The position numbers and the translations under genes were made by a program. Below the pieces are notes generated by a model. That model saw nothing but the letters and a program-made list of their open reading frames with translations, made no database searches and was not told the origin of the DNA. 64,000 nucleotides of DNA from Phoronis australis (taxonomy: Eukaryota > Animalia > Phoronida), in assembly GCA_002633005.1 (NCBI GenBank), contig NMRA01000442.1:117463-181462 (forward strand), read 5' to 3'. Below, piece by piece: positions 28,051 to 40,842 of this stretch (position 1 is the stretch's first letter; the number at the start of each line of letters is the position of its first letter).

Positions 28051-31000
28051 ATGAGCCCCATTGAACATAGACTATGATCTACGATTTTCTGAAAGCATTG
28101 AATGAGAAGCGTTCGCTGTGATCGACGAAACACAGATGTGATGAATTTTGGCATTGAAAGTAAAAAAGCTAAGAATTCCGACCTTCAGTGTTAGCGTCAC
28201 CCGTAAAAACTGTGAACATCCACTTCATTGAATCGAGTAGGCCTAAGGGATTTACGAGGTTCTTGAAATGCACAGCAGTCCGTCAACATAACAAAAGGTT
28301 TTCTCATGCAAGAACTACCACGCCAAGACTCCTCAAGGAAAACGTGTATTTGCAAAAACAGTATTGACCACCAACATGTTGACCTTTTAGATCACAGCAA
28401 TGGCCACTTAGTTGGCAGAAATCTAAGGAGTCATAGGCCATTGGCACCCTCTAAATCCACTGAACGTTTGGTGGTGAAAATTCACACAAAATGTGCAACG
28501 TCCATGCGTTTCATGTCCCGTTACTTAGTGAATAGAACTGAGACAACTTACTAATTATTGTATCTCAAAAGAAAACCTACTTAAACTTATTGACGATAAA
28601 TGCAGTCACGACGAGACGTATTCACACCTACAAACTTCTAGACATGCACATATCTGGCTAAATCGCCTCCCTGTTTCAATTAAGTACTTCACACCTGTCG
28701 ATAACGGAGCAGTGCTCCCAACGCTTGTTTACAGTGAAACAACAATCATGGAAGTGAGATAGAAACTCTTATATTATGAATGTCGATGCAATCATATGGG
28801 TTTAATGATAATATAACACTTAAACTAAAGTTTGGATAATCTGATACAGGCGCAGACATTTGTTGACTCTCCTTGTTTGCCAGTCACACAACAAACACGG
28901 CAAAAAGTTATAAACTAAACAAGAACATCACGTTCATTTAATTTACATCCATTTATTGTTGTAAAAAATAAATTGCATTTTAAGTTTGAAGTTTATCTGA
29001 GAACTGTTGACAAAAAGATTATACTGAAAAAGTCAGTCGAGAAGGTAACTTATTTAACCAATTCCAAAAAGCGCAAGAAAACTTATGTGGCATTTGACGT
29101 CTTTGTATCTGTAACGTTAAGTGCAATATGGCCATGTGATGTTGTATTCTGTATCCAGCCCCGCACTACTTCAACAATGCCCTCTGACATGGAAAGTTCT
29201 AAAGTAGGTCAATGCATCGACTCGACATCGTTAGCCGATTCGATCACCAAACATTCTCAAAATAGTTTAAATACAATTGCAGCAGTATAAATAACCCTCA
29301 ATATGCAATCGGGTCGCAAACTTAGCATTTGATACAAAACTGTTACCTATATGACATTTCTGTCTCTGTTTTCAATTGCTGACTATTATATCGTCTGCAG
29401 CTCAGGCACCGATTCCTCGGTAACTACAATATCAATTTCAAGAAATGCTACGAGTTCAATGCACAATTTTAATGGTTAAAACGTTGTTTTCGTCTTTGTT
29501 ATCTTTTTTCAAGTAATAAATCTTTACGGCTAAAATTCTTTCTTTTACTAGAAAAAATTTGTAATCTAACGCGCAAGTACGTTTTGTGTATGTATGTACT
29601 CGCAAATTTTTGTAATGCTTGTACAAATGGCTCGCATGAAAGTAGAATATTTTCTCAAAGATATGACATTGTATTGAGCGTGGAGTATCCGCTGCATTTG
29701 TCAAATTGTATTGAGAATGGCTGGATGTTGTGTGGCAATTTTAAGCTTCGTTTTGCTGGGTAACAAAGACCCTTCTACAGGAGTGGAAAAAGACGCAAAA
29801 TGATTAAGTGACTAGACGCTGCCATTACCCTCAAGGAAGCGGAGGATGATGTTGGATTGAAAGAAATCTATGATGGATACATAACGGATTTGCGTTGCTA
29901 CCTGGCTGAGGTATTATCCAGAAAAGAAGCAAACATTACTCGCAGATCTACGACTCCGAGTGCAAACCCAACACCAAGATAGAAGAGGCCACAAAACTGC
30001 AAAAAGAAGAGGGGAACAACAAATGTGAGATTTTAAAGAAAGACGTCATCGTATCTGCAGAGAAGAACGGAGGAGCTGTTCAGCAAGCACTTGGGGAATA
30101 GGAAGAAAATACTACAGAGCACCAGTTGCTTAGGGAAAGAGGAGACCTTGTGTTAGCTATTTCAGGCGTAGAACATATGCAACCCGAAAAGAAGAGATTG
30201 TGCCCAGCCAACAAGGCATAGAAAAGCGACATGCCGGAAAAGGCCAGAGTGCTTATGTTGATAACAAGGTCGAAGGGAAGACCGCAGTAAAATCTCAATA
30301 TTTAATTTGCTGCAAGCAAGGCAGCGTTGGAGACCTGCGTCTGGAAAACGTTAAACCCTCTAGCTCCATGGAGTTTCATCACAGCTCAAATCTTTCCCTC
30401 GCAGCTGTTACAAGAAACATCCATGGCTCTCAAGGTGATAATGAGAGGATTTCCATCACGGAAAATAGTATCAAGAAATCTGGCGACGTTAAAGATATTC
30501 ATATGGAAGACCCCAAATCATCTCGAGTTGAGAGCTGCCCAGCAGTGCAATATCTTTTGATGCAGTAAACCTTGGTGCCTCAAATAAAACACATCGGTCT
30601 TTAGCTTGTGCTGGCGATGCACCACATAACAAGCAGAAAGGGTTTTTCAGCAAGTTGAAGTCGAGATAGAGAAGATTAAATGGTCGCTCCACCAAAGACT
30701 CTACCGTTATCCTCTTCCAAGGGCCACACAGCGCCACTATACGGTGGCGACGAATGTTGCCGTGTTGTAATGCCCGGCGCAGAATATGATTAGGTAGACT
30801 TTAACTGATGGACCGACTTATAAGGTCTAGATTGAACGCTTATTTTACATTTTTCATATATTATAAAAAATGCTGAACACCCATGAACTATTTTTCAGCG
30901 TAGGTATGCTGTAAAAGTTTTTCTCTGATTTTAAAGCCACAGTTCACCTCACTGAACATGGAAACGGAATCAGGCTTCCTTTACTTCAACCGTAACCTAT

Positions 31001-32396
31001 TTCCGTTACGAGATCAAATCATATGAAATGCGCACATGCACTATTTTCGAATTCGCAATTTTAAGAGTAGGCCAAGACAATAAATTCTTATGAGTTTTAT
31101 CAAAAGGATACTAAACCCTGTTTTCATTATTTCAACCACTTCTCGTTCTGTCACCTGCAAATGCATCATTAGCGTCAATATTGACAGATAAATAGCATGA
31201 ATCAACTAAAAACTCACACTCCCTGTGTCACAGGTTGCATATTATGGTTCTTGGTGGGTGGTCTTTCCCCGCAGTTACCATGTAATTCGCTAAAAGTGTA
31301 GAGTCATATTTGCCCGTTTATCAGACTTTCAAACTTGCCTGCAAACTTTTGAGGATTATCGCATTTTATGTCAGATAATTGGATGGGCATGTCGTTTTTA
31401 ATATCTATAGGTACTAGGCTAGCACCGGATTTGGCATCCTTTTAGTTGCTGACGTCGGACGATTCTTATTGGTAACGGACACAGAATCCTATCACGGCAA
31501 CCCGACAATACTTTTATTGGCCGTTTGGAGACTTTGCATAATGACCCGCGGTTATTACTCATGTTATTATTGTTGTACACTAATTAGTTCTTAAAGAACA
31601 TCGACTCGTGTTCGACAACAAGCTAGCTTGTCGAAATGATTCGTCACAAGGTAACGCTAGGTGCGTTCCATATAAAATCCATACCAGGGCTAACAACTGA
31701 CAGGCTTGGAACTCCGTACGGTAAGTCCCCCTGTTCAGCTAGCTCGCAAACAGCCTAAGAATGCCATCTGCGTACGTTGACCTACTCGTTTTCGAGAAAA
31801 GCAAGAACTCGCAAAACGTCTCGAGTTATCGCCATGTACTGCAAAAAAGGCACGTGGCCACTTTCTTCAGAATTTCTCGCGTCTCCGAAACTCTAGTTCC
31901 CCGTGGCAATCCCCGTGCTTGGTTGTGTCAGCACGTGCGATTCCGAGTCGTCTGCTCGAGCAGTATTTTCTCTGATGCCGATATGACAGGATTTCTTAGT
32001 TGGCGAGGACTTTCCAGCATAATGCACACGCATTTTGTTAGTTCTGTGCCGTCCTCCAGCGTCTGCGTCGATCTGTCTGTCATATCTGGTGCTTAAAAGT
32101 CACCCTTGGCTGGATTTCTTCTTGTGCCAATCTTGTGGTCAAGTCTCAGACTCCATGCCGCAGCACGCGTGGCGTTTACAGCCAGGTGAGGCTAAACTTG
32201 CTAAAGATAATGCCCTAAAATTTGAAACCAAAACGAACAAATTATTTTTCAGAAACAAGCTCCATGGATAAGTTTTCAGACGTGCGTCAATCGAGATTAC
32301 GAAGAAATTCTGTTTGAGTATTGATATTCCATGTAAATTTATATCTCCATGATAGCAAGTAACAGCATATGTTCACGAAAACAACAACGGTTTTAA

Positions 32397-32444
32397 AACT
32401 TGACATGTTTCGGTGTCATTTATTAAACACCATCCTCAGAAGTC
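32397..32444 (-). ncRNA. Minimal type I hammerhead ribozyme motif (Penelope-like element pseudo-LTR type)
   Basis: GACUU-CUGAGGA-U-GGUGUU[uaauaaau]GACACC-GAAAC-AU-GUC-AAGUU: core boxes, stems I and II, palindromic ACAUGU stem III, GUC triplet. Confidence 0.65.
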
Positions 32445-35400
32445 ATAATACAGTGGCCACCTAGCTAGGCCCAGCAACAAGTAATGAAGCACAGTTAGAG
32501 TCAGTTACAGGGAGTGACAATGAACTACACCAACAATGACAACCTGTGGTGTGTCAGTTGCCTATTGAGATTGGGCTTGCATCATTTTAAAACGATGAGA
32601 TTAATGACAATGCAACATCGTATTAACAATAGACATTACTGATAATGAAAATCGACATGTCGATTTGACACGCGTTTTAGCCCGTCTTCGGACGGGCGTT
32701 GTTCCCATATATTGCAGAGCCTTACCAAAAAATGTAACGTAGCATCAATCAAGATTACAGTCCTTTGGAAGTGATTGTTTTTTTTAGAACATATACCGCT
32801 GAAAAGACTCATGAAGGTGTTTGCTTGCCACAGTTGTTTGGTCATTTTTAAGAGCGTAAGCTAAATGATTACTACTTTACCGTCGTTACATTCAGTCAGT
32901 TGGGAGAAAGTCTGCTCGATCATGCGCTGACGCGGAGCCAGTAGATGATACACTATTGCTGCGAAATCTATACTTCAACACCTTTTAGAATCCGGTACAG
33001 AATTTCCACTTGTTCACATTAAATTGGTTTTCAAAAATGTTTGATTTTGTAAGTTCTGACGTCACAATGTTCGCGTTACGTCTTTTGTATGGCGTCATGG
33101 AAACGCTTATCGTTTCGATGTCTAAACCTTTTGATGCTACTGAACACACTTTTCCTGGCCAGCTTACATTCGTCGTTGAACCATCTAACACCAGTGAGCG
33201 AAAAATGTCTTGGAAACCTGTCTCGTAATGTATTTTTCCTGTCAACATAGTGTAAGTCGGTTTATCATGTTTATTGAGAAATTGATTCATCGACATTCTC
33301 CTTGTCTAATGACTCGCATGCAGCTCGCCAATTGTGTTTCATTTGAGAAACAAACCGCTCTCGAAAATTGTCTCGACCTATCGTTCCATCTTAGTTTAAA
33401 TAAGTTTTGCTGAGATCTATATTCTTCAGTGTTCAAGCACTTTTCGTTTTGTGCGATTAAAAGGAACTTGCCTACAATCAAAACATAATGTAGTTGTTGG
33501 CTTGATGTAATATTCTTGGGAACAAAATCCTACACCGACGACGAAGCCAACCGCGAGTGGTGGGAAGGCTACGTAAGACAATGTGAACTAAGTCAAAGAC
33601 GAATACACGGTCTGTGCTTATAGAAAAAATGTTAGTAGAAAAAATGGAAGGTTTACTTATTAAAAATGAAATCTTCCACGGCATCCGAAGTCAGTTGTTC
33701 CTTAATTCTAGATAAACGTAACCCAGCTTCTTCAAATGAATGTACTCTACCCTTTCCCCACGAACGAAGTTGGACACTTGTATCAACAAATAATTGGGAA
33801 TTCGAGTTCATGTTCTGCAATCAGTCACCGAGTGACGAGTCTCGAAAATGAGTCGGCTCACAGACCTGACAAGTCGTGGAAATAGAAGATGACATTTCGT
33901 GCGTCCGCCCAAAAATACTTCGGCAAAGAGACAACTTACGAAAAAGAGAAGCGCACACGAAGTTATCAAAAGCAGAAAAGGTTGCTTAGCATGCCTTTTG
34001 ATGTCTGATATTACACATAACATCACGTTTTTTTGTCAAAAGATAAACGCTAGTGTTGGCTTTTAAAGTAAATGCCGAGTTCTGAGATTACACCTCAGTC
34101 CTGCATCCCCTGAGTTTGTCCGACTCTGGGGTCCTCGTTCACTTGTGTCGGACACCGAAGTTATCGGGCTGTAGCGCTCCTAGTAAACCGTTTTCTTCTT
34201 TTTCAGTCACCTTAGACATCGATTTTGCAAAATTTGTGCAATATCGGTTTTACGACCGAAAAACACATTTTTGATATATTGTTATTTGGGATATGCTTCT
34301 CATAGTTATTGGCTTTGACTACAGAATCTGTAGACGTGTTTTTGTGACTTTATAACAAATCCCCATTGTCTGCCAGACATTCAATGAAATCGAGGTTGGT
34401 TACTTACCCAGTTAACTAAGCTCGACATATTTTGCCATTAATTATCAAGTTAGATATAAAGCAACTCCACTGGACTGTGACTGCAAGGTTGCAGATTTGC
34501 TCCCGTGCTGAGGCTGATTTCAGAAAATCACTTTTCTGGTCGATGATACCCGTTTAAGACCAACTACAGAATAACAGTCCTCGTATCAGTGCGTATAAAG
34601 AAAATGAAATCAATACCCATGTTTGAAAATAAATCATTAACACGGACAACAGATATTACTTTAAAAACTCTCTTTGTTTAATTCCAGTCATCCCCAACAC
34701 CCATTCTGAACGTGAAACGGGATTCAAAGTTTATGGACATAATCGGAAGTAACGGAAGACATCGTAATTGAAATCACCGGAAAATGGGTTGGTGATACCG
34801 GAAGATCCGTCCGTTGACCGGGTTCCTTTTTATTATCTAAAGACAATAAACTAACAGAACGGATTTCTTAATGCAGTAGTCCACCCATGGCATAACTGCA
34901 AATCGAGGTTCATCGCATTCGCATTTCTATCAGCATTGTTAGAAAGTGAACTGGAAACGCAAAGGCAAAAATTTAACTATTTTAAGTATTATGCTATCTT
35001 ACACAGGAAGCTTTGACTTCAGCTCATCATCAGGAAATGAGTCAGTCTCCTTATGAGTAATCACCTTGGCTACACTTTATGGTACCCAGGAACCCTTCTG
35101 TACAACTGGTGAGGTGTAATTTCGTAAGCAAGTATAGGCACTAATGAATTTTCTCTTTCTGGTATGAAATTTGATGTCTTGAAGAAACAACGCTTGGATG
35201 GCCTGTACGTATCGACAACTTGTGCAACATACACGTCAATCACTCGTAATGTGGCAGCCGCACCATCTTAAAAATTCAATACTGTTTCTCGACTTTAATC
35301 CTGTCACAAAAGCCACACTGGTCTTGCTTGTGAGATTTTAAAGTTGAATACATTTACCTCTTTACCTTTTCCAATCTCATTGTTGATTTTTTCTATCTTG

Positions 35401-37864
35401 ACTTTCAACTTAATCACACCCGCATTTGTGCTGTAATCTTACACTCAGAACAACAGTAGTAAGACATCTCGCTCATAAATGCCATTTCAACACGTGTACG
35501 TGTGTCAATGCACAGTCTATTCTATAAGAAAACAATGGTTAAAAATAACAAAAAGATCACTACATCTGTACACAAACTTAACGTAGTAGCTATACGGCGA
35601 CGCTAATAACAATAAAATCAGCAGAGAACGTGCGACTTCATTCATGCGATGGGTGCTTTGGCAACTGAGGAGTTTTCATATTTCTCTCCTGTGGCTTCAA
35701 GTTTCTGAAGAACTTGGCGCACAGTGTCTGGTCAGTCAAGCACTGGTGAATGTCAATGAAGCATGAGTGGACACAACCCACAGCGTGACAGTCAAGTGCC
35801 AGCTTACTACAATTCAGTTTTCAATACGTCTTTGGCGAGTGAAGTGCAAGCCTTATTGTTCAGCGGAGGACAATCCTGTCTCACGACTCTCTTCTTAAGA
35901 TTAAGAACGATTATTCTTTAACAGTTCTATGTGATTGTCATTTGCTCGTTTGTTTGCTCTCCAACAGCGATGTTCGTTTTGGAATAAAGCTACTTGTACG
36001 TTCTGAACAGTGACACATTTTCACATTGTTAAACTAATGAAGTCTACGGTGGCTTCAAAAGATCTGCACGGGATTTTTCTCCAGTCCTAAATCATGTCGA
36101 CAGAGAATTACTCCTTTGAGACATTTGCATAGCAACTATGTAGATAGAGTTAGTGTAGTCTTCAGGCGACCGCTCGACACTATATTCGTGAAACTGTCTT
36201 GTGCGTACATTATTTGATTGTTCCGTACATTAATACGAACTTATCTTATTGTTCTTTAATTTCAAAATCTGAATGGCTCAGTAGAGGGAAAGTCGGACCA
36301 AAAAGGAAGTATAGGCATTACATCCATGTATCCTTAGTATGAAATGTTAGAAAACCGCTATCGGATTAGGCCATTTACTATCATATAATCGGTCTCATAA
36401 AATCCCTTACCGTGATAGAATTCTGTGTGTAGGGGTGCGCCATTATGGAATTCCCATTTTTGGGTTGGCCGACCTCCACTGAACTCTGAAAAGTTTTCTT
36501 GAATCACAGATATTTTCGATGTACTTGTTGCTTACAGAAATAGAATCCTATCGCCGTAAAAATATAAGACTGAATTTATGATAATAAAAGGCCTAACTTG
36601 ATTTTGTTTTTTATCCAGCAAAACAGGACGAAATGTGGCTTTTCCGTACTTTAAGTTCCAAAATGACAAGACTTTGTATTTAGACGATTATTCATTCTAT
36701 TCTTTTCAATTGTATTAGTTTTTTGTTTCCTTGTATTTGCATTCGTCTTAATGGCGTCTTATAAACGCATTGGTGGGCTGGTTGCATACACTGTAAGCAT
36801 AAGACACGACATGTAATAAAGATTAATTCATTCAGTTCATTCGCGTGAGTTTGAATCTCGATTTAGACTTGACACGAACAGCGCTGGGCGTTAAATTTAA
36901 ACTTTTTGCACCTCAAGAGTTTTGATAAAAATAAAAACGAGGTTTTAGAAACAATTCACTGAAGAACACTATATACATAAATCGCGGTAACTGAAAGTTT
37001 AAGTTAATCCTGTCAATAATGGGGAAATATTTGAACTTTGACTTTTTTCAATTTCATGCCGTAACATGGCCCTTTGGCAGTCGTGATTCATCACAGAAAT
37101 TTAAACGAAGTCAACCACTAATAAGTGTCCAGTGAAAAGGTGTCAGGCATGAAGAGTAAGTGTGATTTCCGCCATGTCTTCGACGAAGCCAAAAAAAATG
37201 AACTGGAACAGCTTTTGCTCCAGCACGTGAGAAAAGTGTTCATGGTCAAAGAATTGAAATATGTTCAGTTAATGAGGAGAGACTCCGAGGTCGAAACAAC
37301 TGTATTGCAATATGTAAGAAAACTACAGCTCGCAAGAAAGTCTAACGAGAAAAAGAAGCTGTTTGAGGGAACGCTCGTGCCGACCTCGAGGCAGGAGATA
37401 ATATAAATTCATCTGATCAAAGAAAACTTAACAAGTACATTAAATCCATCGTCTCGTGTAATTGCTTCATGGCGTTCATCTGTCTGAACAGGATCTTGAA
37501 GACGTTGCGCGGACTGTATTCCGCAGACCCATGACAAGTGAAGCACTCGCAAGGAGACGTCTTCCGTTATGGTACGGAATCAGTAATTCCAACCTCGCCA
37601 ATCGAAGATGCTACTTCTAGAAATATATTTCGCTAGGGTACGCCACTAAGGTCCCAAACATACACGCGAAACACTCGCCTTCCGCTCGTGTGATTTTTCG
37701 TGTTCTTGCGCAATTTGCTTTTTCGCGAGATTCCTGCGTCAACGCAACGCACCCCAGTCCATAACAATACAGCGCATAGCGTCTGTTTTCAATTTTGAAA
37801 CTTTCCTAGGTGCAGACTGCTACAAACCCATGTCTTCCTAACTAATTCTTTGAGAATCGAATGT

Positions 37865-38130
37865 TTATTCAATTCCAAGGACATGTTTTCCAATTTCCGC
37901 AAACATTGTGTTAGACTGCCTCAATGTTTCTTCGTTTTTAAACTCTGGGGGATCTGGACGTGTCCAGTGCACGGCGTAAACGTCAGTTTTCCAATCAAAT
38001 GGCGACCCATTCAGATGGTGTATGTTGGCGTCTTTATATCCAGGCTTCCACACTGGGTGACACTTATACTCAAAACAGATCACTTGCAAACGCCTGTCTA
38101 TACGCACCGTGTCCGGGTGTCGCTCAGCAA
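37865..38130 (-). CDS. GT32-like glycosyltransferase last exon
   Basis: ccgtttcag|VAERHPDTVRIDRRLQVICFEYKCHPVW...VYAVHWTRPDP...FAEIGKHVLGIE-stop. Confidence 0.85.
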
Positions 38131-40842
38131 CTGAAACGGAACAATTTCATTTGGTTGACAAGTACCCGGTAGTCAATATTCATGAGGGATGGTAACTGAA
38201 GCCTTGCTCACCACTGAACCAGAATTCTCACCACAAGAGCGCAACCCATGACAATGTCCTATAAAAATTGCGCACTTCATGCATTTGCATATAAAATTAT
38301 GCGAGAATAGTGGGCTTATGCGTATTTGTAATGCAGGTTAATATGTTGCACGGGGCCTTTATGTGTGCATGGTAAGTTTTCTGCAGCCTGTGTCAAAGGT
38401 TCGATTACCACTCCAGATTCCTCGTGAAATTGCTTGAAACCAACGGCAGTTCTGATTTTCCCCCATTTTTGCACACGGTATTTTTTAAATTCAAACATCT
38501 GAGTAAAGCTTTGTTTATCCGCTTCAAAACGGTATTGACGTGAATTTATTACAAACATGAATGAAAGGACATTCAGAAAATACTGAAGGTGTGTACAGTT
38601 AGAATTCAACAAAGTGAAAGTTCCGAGAATCGCGAGACCACAGCCAGGATGCCTTAATTTCTTCATGGGACAAGATATCCCCAAGGAGGAAGCGGATTTT
38701 ATTGAAACCAGTCCAGTGGACAAGAAGTACATTGACTCAAAGCTAGCCCACTAAGTTATCTTTTTTCTACACTCTTACCTCTGTACGGTTGCAGAAGCCC
38801 GTGATAATACCAATCAGCCGTGTGGTCGTACGTTGTCCAAGTCTCCAAGACATATTGTAGGAACATGGCGTTTTTCTTAGCCAAAAGTACACCTGCGTTG
38901 ATTTTATCCGGCCAAGGCGGGTGCCAGTCGGGCCAGTCTAAACCTACCACAGCATCGTAACCTGATGAATACGCAATTTTTAAAATTTATTTCGAAACCG
39001 AGTTATGTAATTTGTAAGTTAAATTTAATCTTCGCATATTGTATTTAGAAACGGGGTCAGCTACGTATAACAAGACGCACATCATGCAGGATGCAAAGAT
39101 CAATGGAAAGAAAATGTGAATTTCATTCAACGTTCGACGAGCGAGTTCGCATAAAACACTTAACTTTCACGATGACTAACACATAATTTTGGAATGCCCA
39201 AATTACGGCAGTGCATTTCTAAAACCGAACAACTTCGCTATTAAAAAAGCGGTTTTCAACTATTTATACCAACTGCCGAGCCTGTATGTAGCTCAGAGGT
39301 TAGTGGGGTGAACTGAACCAAACTCATTCGATTTGAAGTTCGTACATTTCCGTGTGACGTTTTCGTGTACATTAATTGCTACATAGTACAAAAATGACGA
39401 CTTCCTTTGGAATGAGCGTGGACAAAGCCGAAAAATAGCTGTGCCGTTTGAGGCCGCTACAGGAAAAAGAATGATCAGCCGGCCTTGTTAGACTGATAGA
39501 TGTCTCACATTCTAACAAGCATCTTCATGGTGTTTCTGATTTTTCAGTGACAAGTCATAGGCGGCGCACCACAGGGGGCTGGGGAGCAAAAGCTCCCACC
39601 CCACTTTTTTCCAGTGCTGCGCCGCCCATACAAGTCATCTGACTAACCTCTCAAGTCATCAATAGGTTTCACCCACACAGCGTCCCAATCAGTGTAGATG
39701 CCACCGTACTTCAGCAAAATATCCACTCTTAAAATATCGCTAACATGTGGCAGATCGGATATTTCGTTGGTATACACGAATTCTGGCAGTTCCCTGTAGA
39801 CGAAATGAACTTTGGGATGGTCTTTAACCACTTTCCAAAGTTCGCCTGTGGGTGGTTTATTTCCGTGTAGGAAGACGGCATCCACTTTCAAAATGTTGAT
39901 TGTGCTCATTATGCTGAGGTAAGCAAGAAAGGTCACTTCAAGACCTTCCATCCACACATAGTGCGCCAGCAGCGGGATCTGGTCGACGGAAGATGGAACA
40001 GGAAGCATAGGCTTGCTTTGTCCATAGAAAACCTGTCGTATTGTTTCCTTCAAAGGACCATCTCCATCCCAGATGTCACGTGGAAATAAATCCAGGTTTG
40101 ACAACGATATGCATTTGTCCCTCTGAGACGATTGGTCAATGTGCGATGGATTCTCACAACGATTGCCTAACGGAATTTCAAAGTCGGGTGTCAATTGAAA
40201 ATAAGGCGGGATTTTAAACACGCCTCCCAATAACTGGTTGAAACGATTTAAACTGTCGTCTGCTAACACGAAAAATGACGTCTCCAGATTGCGCAGGACT
40301 TGCATGTTCTCGTTGATAATGATCGTTTCGTTGACGTATGTTCCGCCATGCTTAACTAATAAGTCAACAACAATGTTCATTCTTGATCTAGCATTATCAC
40401 CACACGACGGAATTTGCTTGAAGACAATAAACGGGATTTCCTTTTTCAAATTAAGAATCCACAAATTATATTTCTTGAAGTCTATGAGAGGATCGGCAGC
40501 GTAGTGAAAGTATATTTTATCAGGTCTTAAGATTTTGTGGACACTGAGTACACTTAGATAGTGCTTGAACTCGAAAAACTGTCTCTGGCACCAAACGTAG
40601 TGGACAATAGGTGGAGTAATTGTGTAAACAAGGTCTTGAGGGTTAGTGTCCGATAAATATCGAAGTAAAAAATTGGAATCACGCTCAGCGTAATGTTCTA
40701 AGCTGACCATTTCATGCCTGTTGTCGGCTGAGGTTTCAACTAGAGCGGAAAATTTAGGCCTGTACTTGAAATAAATGACAAATACAAGACCAATGAGCAC
40801 AATTAAAATTAGGAACCGTATCCAACGCTTAGGTATCTTCAT
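37865..40842 (-). CDS. Type II membrane glycosyltransferase, GT32/DXD sugar-binding family (alpha-1,4-GT-like), tandem domain, 547 aa; exons 39648-40842, 38779-38961, 37865-38130
   Basis: Basic N-tail + hydrophobic anchor (FLILIVLIGLVFVIYF); P-x2-HYVW motif twice; SDILRVDILLKYGGIYTDWD; INAGVLLAKK; AVHW. Exon lengths 1195+183+266=1644, phases consistent. Confidence 0.85.
38779..38961 (-). CDS. GT32-like glycosyltransferase coding exon 2
   Basis: catcag|GYDAVVGLDWPDWHPPWPDKINAGVLLAKKNAMFL...QPYR|gtaaga. Confidence 0.85.
39556..39630. mobile_element. 75-bp mini-MITE in glycosyltransferase intron 1
   Basis: CATAGGCGGCGCA...TGCGCCGCCCATA flanked by direct repeat caagt. Confidence 0.7.
39648..40842 (-). 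CDS. GT32-like glycosyltransferase coding exon 1
   Basis: 399-aa ORF ending at donor GAGAG|GTTAGT; acceptor ttttcag at 40869 implies an upstream UTR exon. Confidence 0.9.

Noticed and set aside
34995-35040. Second hammerhead-like motif (CTGATGA...AAAGCTT, minus strand)
   Set aside because: GAAA core is broken and stem I does not pair; at best a dead relic.
37125-37406. 93-aa Lys/Glu-rich ORF
   Set aside because: No recognisable family or splice support.
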